Assembly: GCA_002633005.1 (NCBI GenBank)
Contig: NMRA01000616.1
Location: forward strand, 109,259 to 173,258
Source of the DNA: Phoronis australis
Taxonomy: Eukaryota > Animalia > Phoronida
Direction: 5' to 3'
Length of the DNA stretch: 64,000 nt
Part shown: piece by piece, positions 55,501-64,000 of the stretch
Numbering within the stretch: position 1 is the stretch's first letter
Layout of the letters: each line of letters begins with the position of its first letter
Made by a program: the position numbers and the translations under genes
Notes under the pieces: generated by a model
Database searches by the model: none
The model's input: the letters and a program-made list of their open reading frames with translations, nothing else
What the model was told of the DNA's origin: nothing

Positions 55501-57930
55501 TCAGTCCGTTCACAGCTTCGCACAACATAACAAGTTCACATTTTCTTCGTCCATTCACAGTTATTCCACGATTTGTCTACCATCTCTTAAGTCGTATTAA
55601 CGCTTTAAAGTCCTTGTTGCAAACTGCCCATGTGNNNNNNNNNNNNNNNNNNNNNNNNNNNNNNNNNNNNNNNNNNNNNNNNNNNNNNNNNNNNNNNNNN
55701 NNNNNNNNNNNNNNNNNNNNNNNNNNNNNNNNNNNNNNNNNNNNNNNNNNNNNNNNNNNNNNNNNNNNNNNNNNNNNNNNNNNNNNNNNNNNNNNNNNNN
55801 NNNNNNNNNNNNNNNNNNNNNNNNNNNNNNNNNNNNNNNNNNNNNNNNNNNNNNNNNNNNNNNNNNNNNNNNNNNNNNNNNNNNNNNNNNNNNNNNNNNN
55901 NNNNNNNNNNNNNNNNNNNNNNNNNNNNNNNNNNNNNNNNNNNNNNNNNNNNNNNNNNNNNNNNNNNNNNNNNNNNNNNNNNNNNNNNNNNNNNNNNNNN
56001 NNNNNNNNNNNNNNNNNNNNNNNNNNNNNNNNNNNNNNNNNNNNNNNNNNNNNNNNNNNNNNNNNNNNNNNNNNNNNNNNNNNNNNNNNNNNNNNNNNNN
56101 NNNNNNNNNNNNNNNNNNNNCGATAGGCTGCGGTCCCGAGTCTGGCAAAATAATTTCTGTCAAAATTTATTCGCCACATTTCTTCAGCAAATTCGATAAA
56201 ATTGTCTGTAGTTTGATTTTATTAAAATTAAGGCGCGCTGTCGATCATTTTATCCCCGTTTGCTGGCTGGTAACAGTACAGGCACTGCTCGAGTCGCACT
56301 GACGGCGTTTTCTCGGCCTGGGTTCCTGAATGAATTGTACTTCCGGGTTCGCAGCAAGTTCAAAATGGCGGTGTTTCTTCGGGTGCGAATCGTGAGTGGC
56401 GCGTTCATTTAAACTGTTTTCGAGTACGGATCGTGTATTAGTTATGGGGTAGGTACTTCTTGGATCCTTATAACATCTTCTAACCATGTAATAAGGGTTA
56501 ACAACGCGTGAGACAAGGACTTTAAGCGTAAAATTCACCATAAGAACTCCAGTAAGATTCAGGTGTGTAGCAAAGACTCGGGGCAAAAAAGAGCAATATG
56601 GCGGGTTTTGCCCCCCTTCCGGTGACGTCAATTTGTCTACCATCTCTTAAGTCGTATTAACGCTTTAAGCGTAAAATTCACCATAAGAACTCCAGTAAGA
56701 TTCAGGTGTGTAGCAAAGACTCGGGGCAAAAAAGAGCAATATGGCGGGTTTTGCCCCCCTTCCGGTGACGTCACATTGACTAACGAGAAACTCGCAAGTG
56801 AGCTATTTAGCAAATGTATTTATATTAATGTGACAACGGACGACGACAGCTTTCGGACGAATCGGTCTACTGGTGTGCCTCCTAGTGGCAATTTTAGTTT
56901 TTTGCGTTTATCTTTGTATCTTCAAAGGTTCTCAACGGATTTCCATAAAATTTGGCACATAGACATCTGTTAGTGAGGTGACGCGAGCCATTCATATTCG
57001 GATTAATTCAAGGTATTTTGCGTCACCTAGTGGCCATTTTAATTGTTTTTGAGTGTGTTTTTGGCGTCCGTCCCTCTGTCAACCAAACCACTCTAAGGAT
57101 GTTTATGAAAGTTAGCATGTATGTTCCTTCTATGAAAGGGACGGTTGACGATGATTATCCGACGTCTTCGACTATCCTGTGGCGCCTCCTAGTGGTGGTT
57201 TTGTTTTTTGCTCCCACACCTGTAACTCCAAAGCCCTCTGCAGGATCTTCATTAAATTTAGCACGTGTATTCATATGAAGTTAACAAGAAAAGACTTCAA
57301 CTTTTAGACGGATCCGAGAAGCACTGTGCCCCCTAGTGGCAATTTCATTTTTTTCGTTTTCCTCCGTTTCTCTGAAGTTCCTCGACGAATTTTAATGAAC
57401 TTTGGTAAATGGGTTTCTTTTAAAGAAACGATGACATTTTCTGGTTTTCAGACGGATTCGACGTTTTTTGCGCCTTCTAGTGGCCATTTTGATGATACAA
57501 ATAAACAACCCTTAAAGCACACCATTTGCGTTGCATTCGTGGGCGTATTTCAACGCTCTGCGTTGCTCTTGTTCTTTTTAACAGCTAAACTTAGTCAAAA
57601 TGCCGTTTTAAATAGATCAAGCAACACTTTCTGCACCTTTCAATTTAATCAGTTGTATGTACCAGCATTAGTTGAACTCTGGTACATGCCAATAGGTCAA
57701 TTTATTTGTGAACTAACTTCAAACAGCTGGTACAATATGTTGCAGAATATAATTTTATGTCCATATTAGACTTTCGGAACATTGCTTGAATAACCTACAT
57801 CTTACACTGTAAGAATGTGAATGCTTGCAGGACCATTGGGACTCTGTCCAACTCTCGACTGTTTGCCGAGCATTTCAAATGTAAGGCAGGGGCGAGGATG
57901 AATCCCGAAAAAAAGTGCAAGATGTGGTGA
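13336..57930 (+). CDS. M13 family zinc metallopeptidase (neprilysin / endothelin-converting enzyme-like), type II membrane protein, 20 coding exons, ~733 aa
   Basis: Manually joined exons 13336-13558, 19090-19314, 19567-19690, 20429-20576, 21801-21872, 21975-22094, 23769-23837, 24174-24304, 26699-26802, 29807-29925, 31714-31809, 35738-35815, 42330-42436, 46409-46519, 47050-47114, 51203-51273, 52426-52491, 52939-53034, 53409-53485, 57831-57930 give one open frame (2202 nt) with matching phases. Motifs: N-terminal TM helix, [54 protein letters not shown]. Confidence 0.93.
16685..17645 (+). mobile_element. TTAA-flanked non-autonomous DNA element (Kolobok-like)
   Basis: TTAA|ACAGTACACACCATG ... 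CATGTTGTATACACT|TTAA imperfect TIRs; internal acidic ORF start [12 protein letters not shown] (16889) followed by a frameshifted YFEP. Confidence 0.5.
19090..19314 (+). CDS. M13 peptidase exon 2
   Basis: tgcag| ...[44 protein letters not shown]...KGVL; GC donor TAG|GCAAGT. Confidence 0.93.
19567..19690 (+). CDS. M13 peptidase exon 3
   Basis: ctcag| [42 protein letters not shown] |gtgggt. Confidence 0.92.
20429..20576 (+). CDS. M13 peptidase exon 4
   Basis: tttag| [49 protein letters not shown] |gtgagt. Confidence 0.88.
21801..21872 (+). CDS. M13 peptidase exon 5
   Basis: ttgcag| [24 protein letters not shown] |gtaggg. Confidence 0.85.
21975..22094 (+). CDS. M13 peptidase exon 6
   Basis: ttcag| [40 protein letters not shown] |gtaagt. 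Confidence 0.92.
22947..23012 (-). repeat. tRNA-derived (SINE-like) segment
   Basis: Reverse complement GGTGGCCTAGTGG...GTGGGCTCAAACC A/B-box-like; same context as the 32745-32812 copy. Confidence 0.45.
23769..23837 (+). CDS. M13 peptidase exon 7
   Basis: ctgtag| [23 protein letters not shown] |gtaagt; phase 0/0, divergent. Confidence 0.72.
24174..24304 (+). CDS. M13 peptidase exon 8
   Basis: ttcag| [43 protein letters not shown] |gtgagt. Confidence 0.88.
25242..26130. mobile_element. MULE-like TIR element with a nested GC-rich MITE (~25554-25779)
   Basis: Ends GTTGTTCTAAAACCCC / GAGTTTTAGAACAACC with CGACCC subterminal repeats; body homologous, inverted, to 38770-39326. Confidence 0.65.
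26699..26802 (+). CDS. M13 peptidase exon 9
   Basis: ttcag| [35 protein letters not shown] |gtaagc. Confidence 0.93.
27295..28555. mobile_element. Harbinger-like TIR element relic
   Basis: Imperfect inverted ends AGCTGGTTTCATAAATGTG / CACTTTCATGAAATCGGCT. Confidence 0.4.
28757..28965 (+). mobile_element. Penelope-like GIY-YIG C-terminal relic
   Basis: [29 protein letters not shown]...RLL...KPSLNEQ...RTLSLF. Confidence 0.65.
29419..29549. repeat. 33-bp minisatellite, ~4 copies
   Basis: TTGTAATTGTATTATCCATATAACTGACCTTAC repeated. Confidence 0.9.
29807..29925 (+). CDS. M13 peptidase exon 10
   Basis: ttgtag| [39 protein letters not shown] |gtgctt. Confidence 0.9.
31266..31481. repeat. Direct repeat of a ~50-bp block
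   Basis: GAAACAGAAATTTTG.CAGGTTGCCAATTGGCATGTGCCATTAGGATAAA at ~31266 and ~31432. Confidence 0.85.
31714..31809 (+). CDS. M13 peptidase exon 11
   Basis: cacag| [32 protein letters not shown] |gtattt. Confidence 0.87.
32378..33472 (+). mobile_element. Non-autonomous Helentron-type (HINE/DINE-1-like) element
   Basis: Subterminal IR ATACGCCCAC / GTGGGCG(A)GTAT, (GTCY)n-like microsatellite, internal ~150-bp repeats, 3' hairpin followed by a T-run. Confidence 0.65.
32745..32812 (-). repeat. tRNA-derived (SINE-like) segment
   Basis: Reverse complement GTAGCCTGGTTGAT...GTCGGTTCGAGTCCCACC B-box. Confidence 0.5.
34280..34900 (-). mobile_element. Non-LTR retrotransposon RNase H relic
   Basis: Minus strand GGSK...[21 protein letters not shown]...[19 protein letters not shown], interrupted by stops; ends approximate. 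Confidence 0.75.
35738..35815 (+). CDS. M13 peptidase exon 12
   Basis: ttcag| [26 protein letters not shown] |gtaagt (GYP motif). Confidence 0.9.
36042..39326. mobile_element. 3.3-kb MULE-like TIR element with internal duplicated/nested sequence
   Basis: TIRs GGATAGTTCTAAAACC / GGTTTTAGAACCATCC; 9-bp TSD GTTATTGGT / GTTATTGGG; internal diverged duplication ~36400-37030 vs ~37370-37960. Confidence 0.72.
36199..36259. repeat. Alternating purine-pyrimidine (TG/CG) microsatellite
   Basis: GCGTGTGTGGGTGTGTGCGTGTGCGTGTGCGTGTGCGCGCACGCGTGTGT. Confidence 0.85.
42330..42436 (+). CDS. M13 peptidase exon 13
   Basis: ttcag| [35 protein letters not shown] |gtgact. Confidence 0.86.
43825..44090 (+). mobile_element. 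Penelope-like GIY-YIG relic
   Basis: [13 protein letters not shown]...IVLDQERGW...KEAILL. Confidence 0.65.
46409..46519 (+). CDS. M13 peptidase exon 14
   Basis: ccag| [36 protein letters not shown] |gtaagg. Confidence 0.92.
47050..47114 (+). CDS. M13 peptidase exon 15 (HExxH zinc motif)
   Basis: gacag| [21 protein letters not shown] |gtaaac. Confidence 0.93.
48116..49868. mobile_element. hAT-like element with 5-bp TSD, spanning an N gap, right end present twice
   Basis: TAGTGGCGGATCT ... AAATCCGCCTATG; TSD AGCTA at 48111-48115 and 49869-49873; 49027-49183 repeats 49689-49868. Confidence 0.65.
51203..51273 (+). CDS. M13 peptidase exon 16
   Basis: ttcag| [24 protein letters not shown] |gtgagt. 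Confidence 0.9.
52426..52491 (+). CDS. M13 peptidase exon 17 (ExxxD third zinc ligand)
   Basis: gatag| [22 protein letters not shown] |gtaggt. Confidence 0.92.
52939..53034 (+). CDS. M13 peptidase exon 18
   Basis: tttag| [32 protein letters not shown] |gtgagt. Confidence 0.94.
53409..53485 (+). CDS. M13 peptidase exon 19
   Basis: ctgcag| [26 protein letters not shown] |gtacat; colinear with the family WC...DxHSPxxxR exon. Confidence 0.92.
54626..56804. mobile_element. DNA element with 2-bp AT TSD (ISL2EU/Harbinger-group-like), copy 1
   Basis: Ends AGTCCTTTTGCGAGTT / AACTCGCAAGTGAGCT flanked by AT; rejoined flanks ATTGAATTTAGC match the sibling repeat unit ATTAAATTTAGC at ~57251. Confidence 0.78.
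55609..56521. mobile_element. TTAA-target element (Kolobok-like) nested in the AT-TSD element
   Basis: TTAA|AGTCCTTGT ... ACAAGGACT|TTAA; empty site CGCTTTAAGCG at ~56661 and in copy 2. Confidence 0.75.
57831..57930 (+). CDS. M13 peptidase exon 20 (C-terminus)
   Basis: ttgcag| [32 protein letters not shown] (CxxW terminus). Confidence 0.95.
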
Positions 57931-59012
57931 CTGAGATGACGTCATGAAGTAGAAGTGCCGTAAATTTAAAGACAGAGGTTACGTGGAAGACGAGATAGTT
58001 AGTTGGGCCGGAGGTACAAACGTGGACGTAATTGCTGCATAAGGTCTCTCGGTTACTCAAAACTGAGAAGACAAGTCATGGCTACTACTGTCGCAGCTGC
58101 CACAGACAATTTTTAGTCCAAAAAGCATCTTAGTTGGCTCATCTGTGTACTCAATTCATTGTCAGACCTGAACTCACTGAATTAATGAAAAACAGAGCCG
58201 TCCCCATCAATTTCAGCCACAAATCTTGTGTTTTGTTTGTTTTTTTTTGGAAAGAATAGACACAAATCACGTAAGCTAGGGCAATCAAAGCTTGAAACGC
58301 CGTGATTTGCCAAAGGATGTATAATTATCTGTAAATGGGGATTTGGGCAGTGCTGGAAAATTCCACAGAGCTTGGTTTAGTCACTCAAATGACTGTTGAA
58401 AGAGTTGTTGTCTTTTTGCGTCCGAAAACGCAATCTGGCGATTGATGTTAGATACGTTGGATTTTTTTAAGTTATTGCTTAAACAAGAACTATAAAGTCC
58501 GCGGTGTTTTTTGATTGTGCCAATTCTCGCCTTTGTCTGCCAGCCACTCGCTGAAAGGCCGGTGATTTTACCAGTTAAATACGTTTACAACGTGTTACGG
58601 TTTGTGCGGAATGATCACTCTGACTCGGTGTGTGTGGTTAAAATATAATTTTAATGAAACTAATAAACCATGTTAAACTTGCAGTTCTTTATAAAGTTCC
58701 TGAAGCACCACGCTGAACTAAATGTCAATGTCCCGACTCGAGTGTAACTGAATTTAGAATTAGGCCCATGCTATACGAAATGGTTCCACTTTCCACATAT
58801 GATTTGTCCTCTGAAACTGAAGTTGTCCACAGTCCGTGGAACTCGTACGGTGTCGCACAACAGTTTTAAAGCTTTTATTTTATAACAGCTGAGTTGACTG
58901 TCCTTCTCACACCACAAATCCACTGGACGATATTCCTGACATTCAAAATTGTGATCCCTTCTTGCGTCTCAGCGTCTCGTGCCACCTCCCGGAAGTTTAC
59001 TAGCGTCACCTG

Positions 59013-59164
59013 CCTCCCGTTCAGTAACGCTAGGAACTCGCTAAAAATCAAGATTTCGCGAGATTACGTGAGATATTGCCGTGTATTTCAAATGAGAACA
59101 CGTGACTTTGACTAGGTTTTATCTAGGTCCTAGCGTAGGTCCTAGCGCCTCACTGAACGCACGC
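59013..59164. mobile_element. 152-bp Harbinger-like MITE, TSD CTG
   Basis: TIR core CGTTCAGT..CGCTAGG / CCTAGCG..ACTGAACG; second copy at 62326-62476. Confidence 0.75.
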
Positions 59165-62062
59165 CTGGTTAATATCGTCTACAACAGCGCCACCACTCAC
59201 CTACGCAGCGAGTTAATGTTCACTAAATCCAATTCCTGACACAAAGCCATAGGCCTACATCGAGTGGGTTTTAGCTCCACCAACAGTGTTTGATTGCCAC
59301 CACCAAGGTTCCAGGTTCGATTCCTCTCTGGCGCTGTTTTAGAAAATCGCATTTCTAGCCGATAGGCCTGGTGTCACTTTTAAGGGACATCATCGGCGGG
59401 AAAAAATGATTTTACAGAAATTAAGGGTGGCGCGCATTCAAACCCGCTAGCTCCGCAGTAGCAGCCGAACGCGTTAAATCACGAGTGCATTTAAATTACA
59501 ATGACACCGGCTTTGATTTAAGCGAATGTCTTTCAGACAGCGGCGAGTATTAGCGATTTCTAATCTCTACTTTTTTCAACTTGGTTTACGCATACTTTTC
59601 TGTAACCATTTCAACAGCGTTATGAACGATAATTAAAACTTTACGGCCTTCGGAACTCCAAAAAATGACTGTATGATTTTTTTGAAAAAGTGTTTGGAAG
59701 CTTATCTTTAATTTTTGCGATTATACATTATTAAGATATATTAAAAAATCGCGGTATTAAATACAGTTACAAAGAATTTTGGTCTTCCTTTTTGTGATTA
59801 GTAAATTTATTAGTCGGTATTGTAAGAATGGAAGTGACTGCAGTTTTCCTACCCTACGATCGATAAAAAAATGATGAGTAATTAAATGGGAAATCCTGGC
59901 ACCCGGTTGCTCTTCCAGACTTCGTGAAGAATCGTGAGGAAATGTGACGGGTTTGTTCTGATTGAGAGCCTTTCTGGCTTGTTTTGTACACCCTAGAAGC
60001 TATTTGTTAAGTTTACTAGCAATGGTACGTGTGCTAGAAATTTTTAAAATAACGACCATCTCTTGCTTCTGTGTTGCATGCGATCCACACGGCAGGTGTT
60101 TGTATTAGCTTCAAATGACCGACAATCGCAAACCATTTGTGGAGGTTGATACACCTGTAATGGGATAAAAACGCGCCCACCAACTCTCCCCTATGATCGT
60201 AAGCCCAGTATTTTTTTGGTCGGACAAGATGCTGACATCGGACACAGTCTAAGTTGACGACAATCTGATGCACGAGTCGTGTTGATGAATGCGGACATTC
60301 TTTAGCTAACACATCGGCTATACGTGTAGGTAACTCAAAAGGAGAAGCTGGGTTGTAACATAGAACAGTAGACCTGGAATGTTAACTTCGATCTCGCGTG
60401 GCTGAGGTTGCACCGGTCATGCGTGGGATTTGTTTGCATTCGTTTGTTTCGGTGTTTGCGTTGGTGTTGCTTCTTGCTATGGAATATTGAATTTAGTGTA
60501 CACTGTTTTTACTATAAACGAAGTCAGTTGTTATCACCGAAAACTTCATCTGAGCCTATGTAATTTGTGTGTTTGAAATATTCTGTGGACTAAAGGTCCA
60601 AACATTGTCAAGCGGTAGGATAACCTGCTTGTGATTCTGTGATTCGGTAAGCCGGTCGTGGGTACTAACGCTGCCTATGAAGGCTGGCAGGCGCAACGTA
60701 AAACCGTCTAGTCGTGTGACCTGATTGCATGTTGAGTGTTATTTATACTGCTGTAATTTTATTACTTTAAATTATTTTTTGAAGAAGTTTGATGATCGAG
60801 CCGGCTATCGACGTCGAGTCGACATTGACCTACCTTTTGTACTTTCATTGTCTGAGTATAGAGGGCACTGTTAAAAGTAGTCCCGGGAGTGCAATACTCA
60901 GAGAACAATACCACATGGCCGTATTGCACTCAACTTACTCAATGCGTAAGGGATAAATGATAAATTTCTTTTATATTTTTGTCTTTATCTAGCTGTTCTA
61001 TGAATTCATTCAGATATACACTGTATGACTAATAGCAGTTTATACTGTTTTTAAATTTTATGTTAAACATGTTAATTACATCTTGTATGAGTCCTCATGT
61101 TGTATATTTCTATTTCTATTTGAATAAATTGTTTTCATTCCTCTGTTTCTATCTGTCTTCACCCCTTTTTCTGTGAAATTACAGGAAGTGCGACCCACGG
61201 TTAGGGTTTTACCTAAAAATGTACACTCCCTCATACCCGGATCATCACAGTAGGTAAATGGTAACTCTCAGTTCTTTCCGCACCCCGAGACCACTTATAA
61301 ACTGGGCAGGGAACAAACATGGCAAACAAATATAACAATCCCCTGTGACGGCCTGAAAATTTCGATGAATATATTTGCTCTTCTCTCAAAATGTTGAAAA
61401 ATCTTAGTTATGTTTACTGGGGTAGGTAACCGTTTGAACACTTTTTTCCTTAACTGTATTGTTTAAGCAACTATTGGGCCACTGATGGACGTAGGTTATC
61501 GTATGCCAGAAACATGTTTCGAAGGTCAAAGTGACTGCACCAGAAAATTATAAATGTGATTTCCAATGAATACAATATATGTTGATAATGAACACTATTT
61601 ATCCAGTGTAGTATAATCGTCATCTGAAATATCGCTGCTCGAGCCATTAATGTGGAAATGAAGTATAATTAAGTATGTAACACTTTATTGACAAGTCTGT
61701 TTTAGCCAAACAGAAAACTAGATTTGAACTCGTAAAAAGTACATATTATGAAAAAGAAGTGAAAGAAGAAAGTCTGTAGAATTTTGTTATAATTCCTTTT
61801 AAAGCAATCTGCTAAAATCGGGTCACTATGTCTTTTTATTAAAATATAGCAAAAAAGGTGCTTTGATACCAAAGCAACACTATTATTAAAATGTCCAGAT
61901 TTCACGTAATAGAAATATTCAAGATACATTCCAAATAACGCTGCTGCATTTTTTCTAAATTGTCTTTTCGTTTTCGTTTTTTCAACTTTTGATTTTTTAC
62001 ATAAACATCATAAAAGCCCTACTAATAGCCACTCGTGCAAATTGGGACATTTTAAAAACAAT

Positions 62063-63370
62063 AGCTCACTTGCGAGTTTCTCGTTAGTCAATGTGACGTC
62101 ACCGGAAGAGGGGCAAAACCCGCCATATTGCTCTTGTTTTGCCCCGAGTCTTTGCTACACACGCTAAATCTTACTGGAGTTCTTATGGTGAATTTTACGC
62201 TTAAAACGTTAACACAACTTTAGAAATGGTAGATGGATCGTGGAATAACTGTGAATGGACGAAGAAAATGTGAACTTGTTATGTTGTGCGAAGGTGTGAA
62301 CGGACTGAAATTGGAACTCAACCCGCCTCCCGTTCAGTAACGCTAGGACCTAGCTGAAAAGCAAGACTTCGCGAGATTACGTGAGATATTGCCGTGTAAT
62401 TTAAATGAGAACACGTGACTTTGACTATGTTTTATCTAGGTCCTAGCGCAGGTCCTAGCGTCTACTGAACGCACGCCCGGTCTAGGCCTTGCCGCAGGCA
62501 TACAGAGGCGATAGTGTATCCCCATAAACAGTTACTCACTTCAAAATACAGCAAATAAAATCAAACGAAACATGCATATGTGCACATGGAGTTATAAGTA
62601 ACACATACTCAGACTCTGGATACAATTTAGTCTACAAATAACTTGAACATATCCATGAAAACCTCGCGGTTCGCTCGAGTTTCTCTCACGGGGCGCCATT
62701 TTGAGGAAGTTACGTAAAATCACGCCTGTTGACGAAAAAAGTCCAAAGGAAACAAATCTTATGAATTTCACTTGATATTTTCTCATGCTATTTGCAAGTG
62801 TCACGCGCCAGGTTTCGCGCTTCGCTCAGTCTCGCGCTAGCCTTTGCCTCATACTCCCCTGATTCAGTTGAAATACTTCGTGGTTATCGCGCGTGCGGTC
62901 AAAGTTAACAATAGGCTACCCACAAAGTGGAGTTGGAATTCTTCGCCAAAGTCACCTGAATTCCCGTAGCTATGCTTCATCGAGGATATGTTTAGAAGCA
63001 GAAAGGATCACTGAAGCAAGTAAGCGCAGTTTTAGGTGATAATTTTAGGTGTAGAATGTATTTTTGATGAGGTGAAAACTTATCAGTGAGCGGATTTCGC
63101 CTACCTCCCGTTTAAAATACACGGGACGAAATTAGCACAGAACGCGATAGAACGTATTGTAGTGCGAATCTGAATTTCATTAGCCATAACAGCAATGTTT
63201 GTTTGGCATTTTTCGAACTAAACGGCTCAAAACTCGAAGAAAATAACAGAATACACTCTGCTACCGTATTGGGCAAATGGCCAAACGACAAGCTATTGCC
63301 CCACTTCCCGTGACGTCACAGTTGAGTCTCACATAATCTCGCGTTATTGTTATAAACTCGCAAAAGGACT
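62063..63370. mobile_element. AT-TSD DNA element, copy 2, inverted relative to copy 1
   Basis: High-identity reverse complement of 54626-55608 plus 56522-56804; AT flanks. Confidence 0.82.
62326..62476. mobile_element. Harbinger-like MITE nested in copy 2, TSD CCG
   Basis: Copy 1 shows the empty site (CCTAGACCGGGTTGAG at ~55478-55493). Confidence 0.78.
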
Positions 63371-64000
63371 ATTCCGAACAGCGTTTTGGGTCAATACAGT
63401 TCATGAAGCACAGTATGTGAACGTGTCGTATAAATTCAACCATACTCAGATATTTCAGAGATGTAATGTTCCGAAGTTGATCAAATTTGGACATTATCTT
63501 AACTGTATTTATCAAGTGACTTGTAGTCTAGACGCATTTCCTGAAAAGAGCCCTGTATAAGGTTCTAGAAGCATTTTTTAGTAAAAGTTGGGAACAAGAC
63601 TTTTTCACACAATCAAGGTACGGCGAATTCAACTAACCCTGTTCCCAAGCCGAATTTTGCATTTTTGACCATCTAATTTGCATAAACAAAATGGCGGCCA
63701 AATTGTCAAGTTCAGGTGCATTCTTGTAGTAGAAATCACAGCATACCATTTAAAACGATGAAATGCTTCACCTGTACACATCTTACAAATAGTTTTTGAG
63801 CAATACATGACATATGCAATATAAAAAGTTATAACTCCAAAAACTAATTATGCAAATTAGCTGCCGCCATTACCACACAAAACAATTTTCGTCGTAGCTT
63901 TGTGTTCCTGGAGTCTGATTTGAAAAATGAGGTGTTTGTACTTATGTTTTCATGGTCAACAAATATGATGAAGACACTTATGAAGCAATTCATTTCATAT

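Larger units (their letters stand above)
54066..57573 (+). mobile_element. Non-autonomous Helentron-type (HINE) element, interrupted by nested insertions
   Basis: Same family as 32378-33472 (GTGGTCGCAT.TTGCCGTCATCTCTGTC); ~150-bp internal repeats; 3' GTGGGCGTAT + hairpin CAACGCTCTGCGTTG + T-run. Confidence 0.7.

Noticed and set aside
55488-56199. Long ORFs of 188-212 aa
   Set aside because: Artefacts of the N gap.
59260-59480. tRNA-like GGTTCGATTCC segments
   Set aside because: No convincing cloverleaf; likely repeat-derived, so not called as tRNA genes.
61185-61253. Candidate for the penultimate M13 exon (KCDP...HHSR or NVHS)
   Set aside because: Phase mismatch with exon 18; the better-matching exon is 53409-53485 and the gene ends at 57930.

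Overview
Eukaryotic (animal, probably marine invertebrate) genomic DNA, AT-rich and rich in repeats, with three large N gaps. None of the supplied ORFs is a whole gene. The window is dominated by one complete spliced + strand gene (20 coding exons, 13336-57930, 2202 nt, about 733 aa) encoding a type II membrane M13 zinc metallopeptidase (neprilysin/ECE-like), which I assembled by hand from phase-consistent splice sites, including one GC-AG intron. It keeps HExxH, ExxxD, the catalytic His/Arg and the 10 family cysteines but is divergent at substrate-binding motifs (VNAYY>VEAYY, HGFD>HIFP, loss of the G-N-L-x-x-W-W segment, one extra Cys). The introns and flanks hold many mobile elements. These include a P-like element with TIRs, a 7-bp TSD, a THAP ORF and a PHD-like fragment; hAT-like MITEs with 5-bp TSDs; Helentron-type (HINE) elements carrying arrays of CTCF-like motifs; nested AT-, TTAA- and CWG-target insertions whose empty sites are visible elsewhere in the window; and Penelope and RNase H LINE relics.
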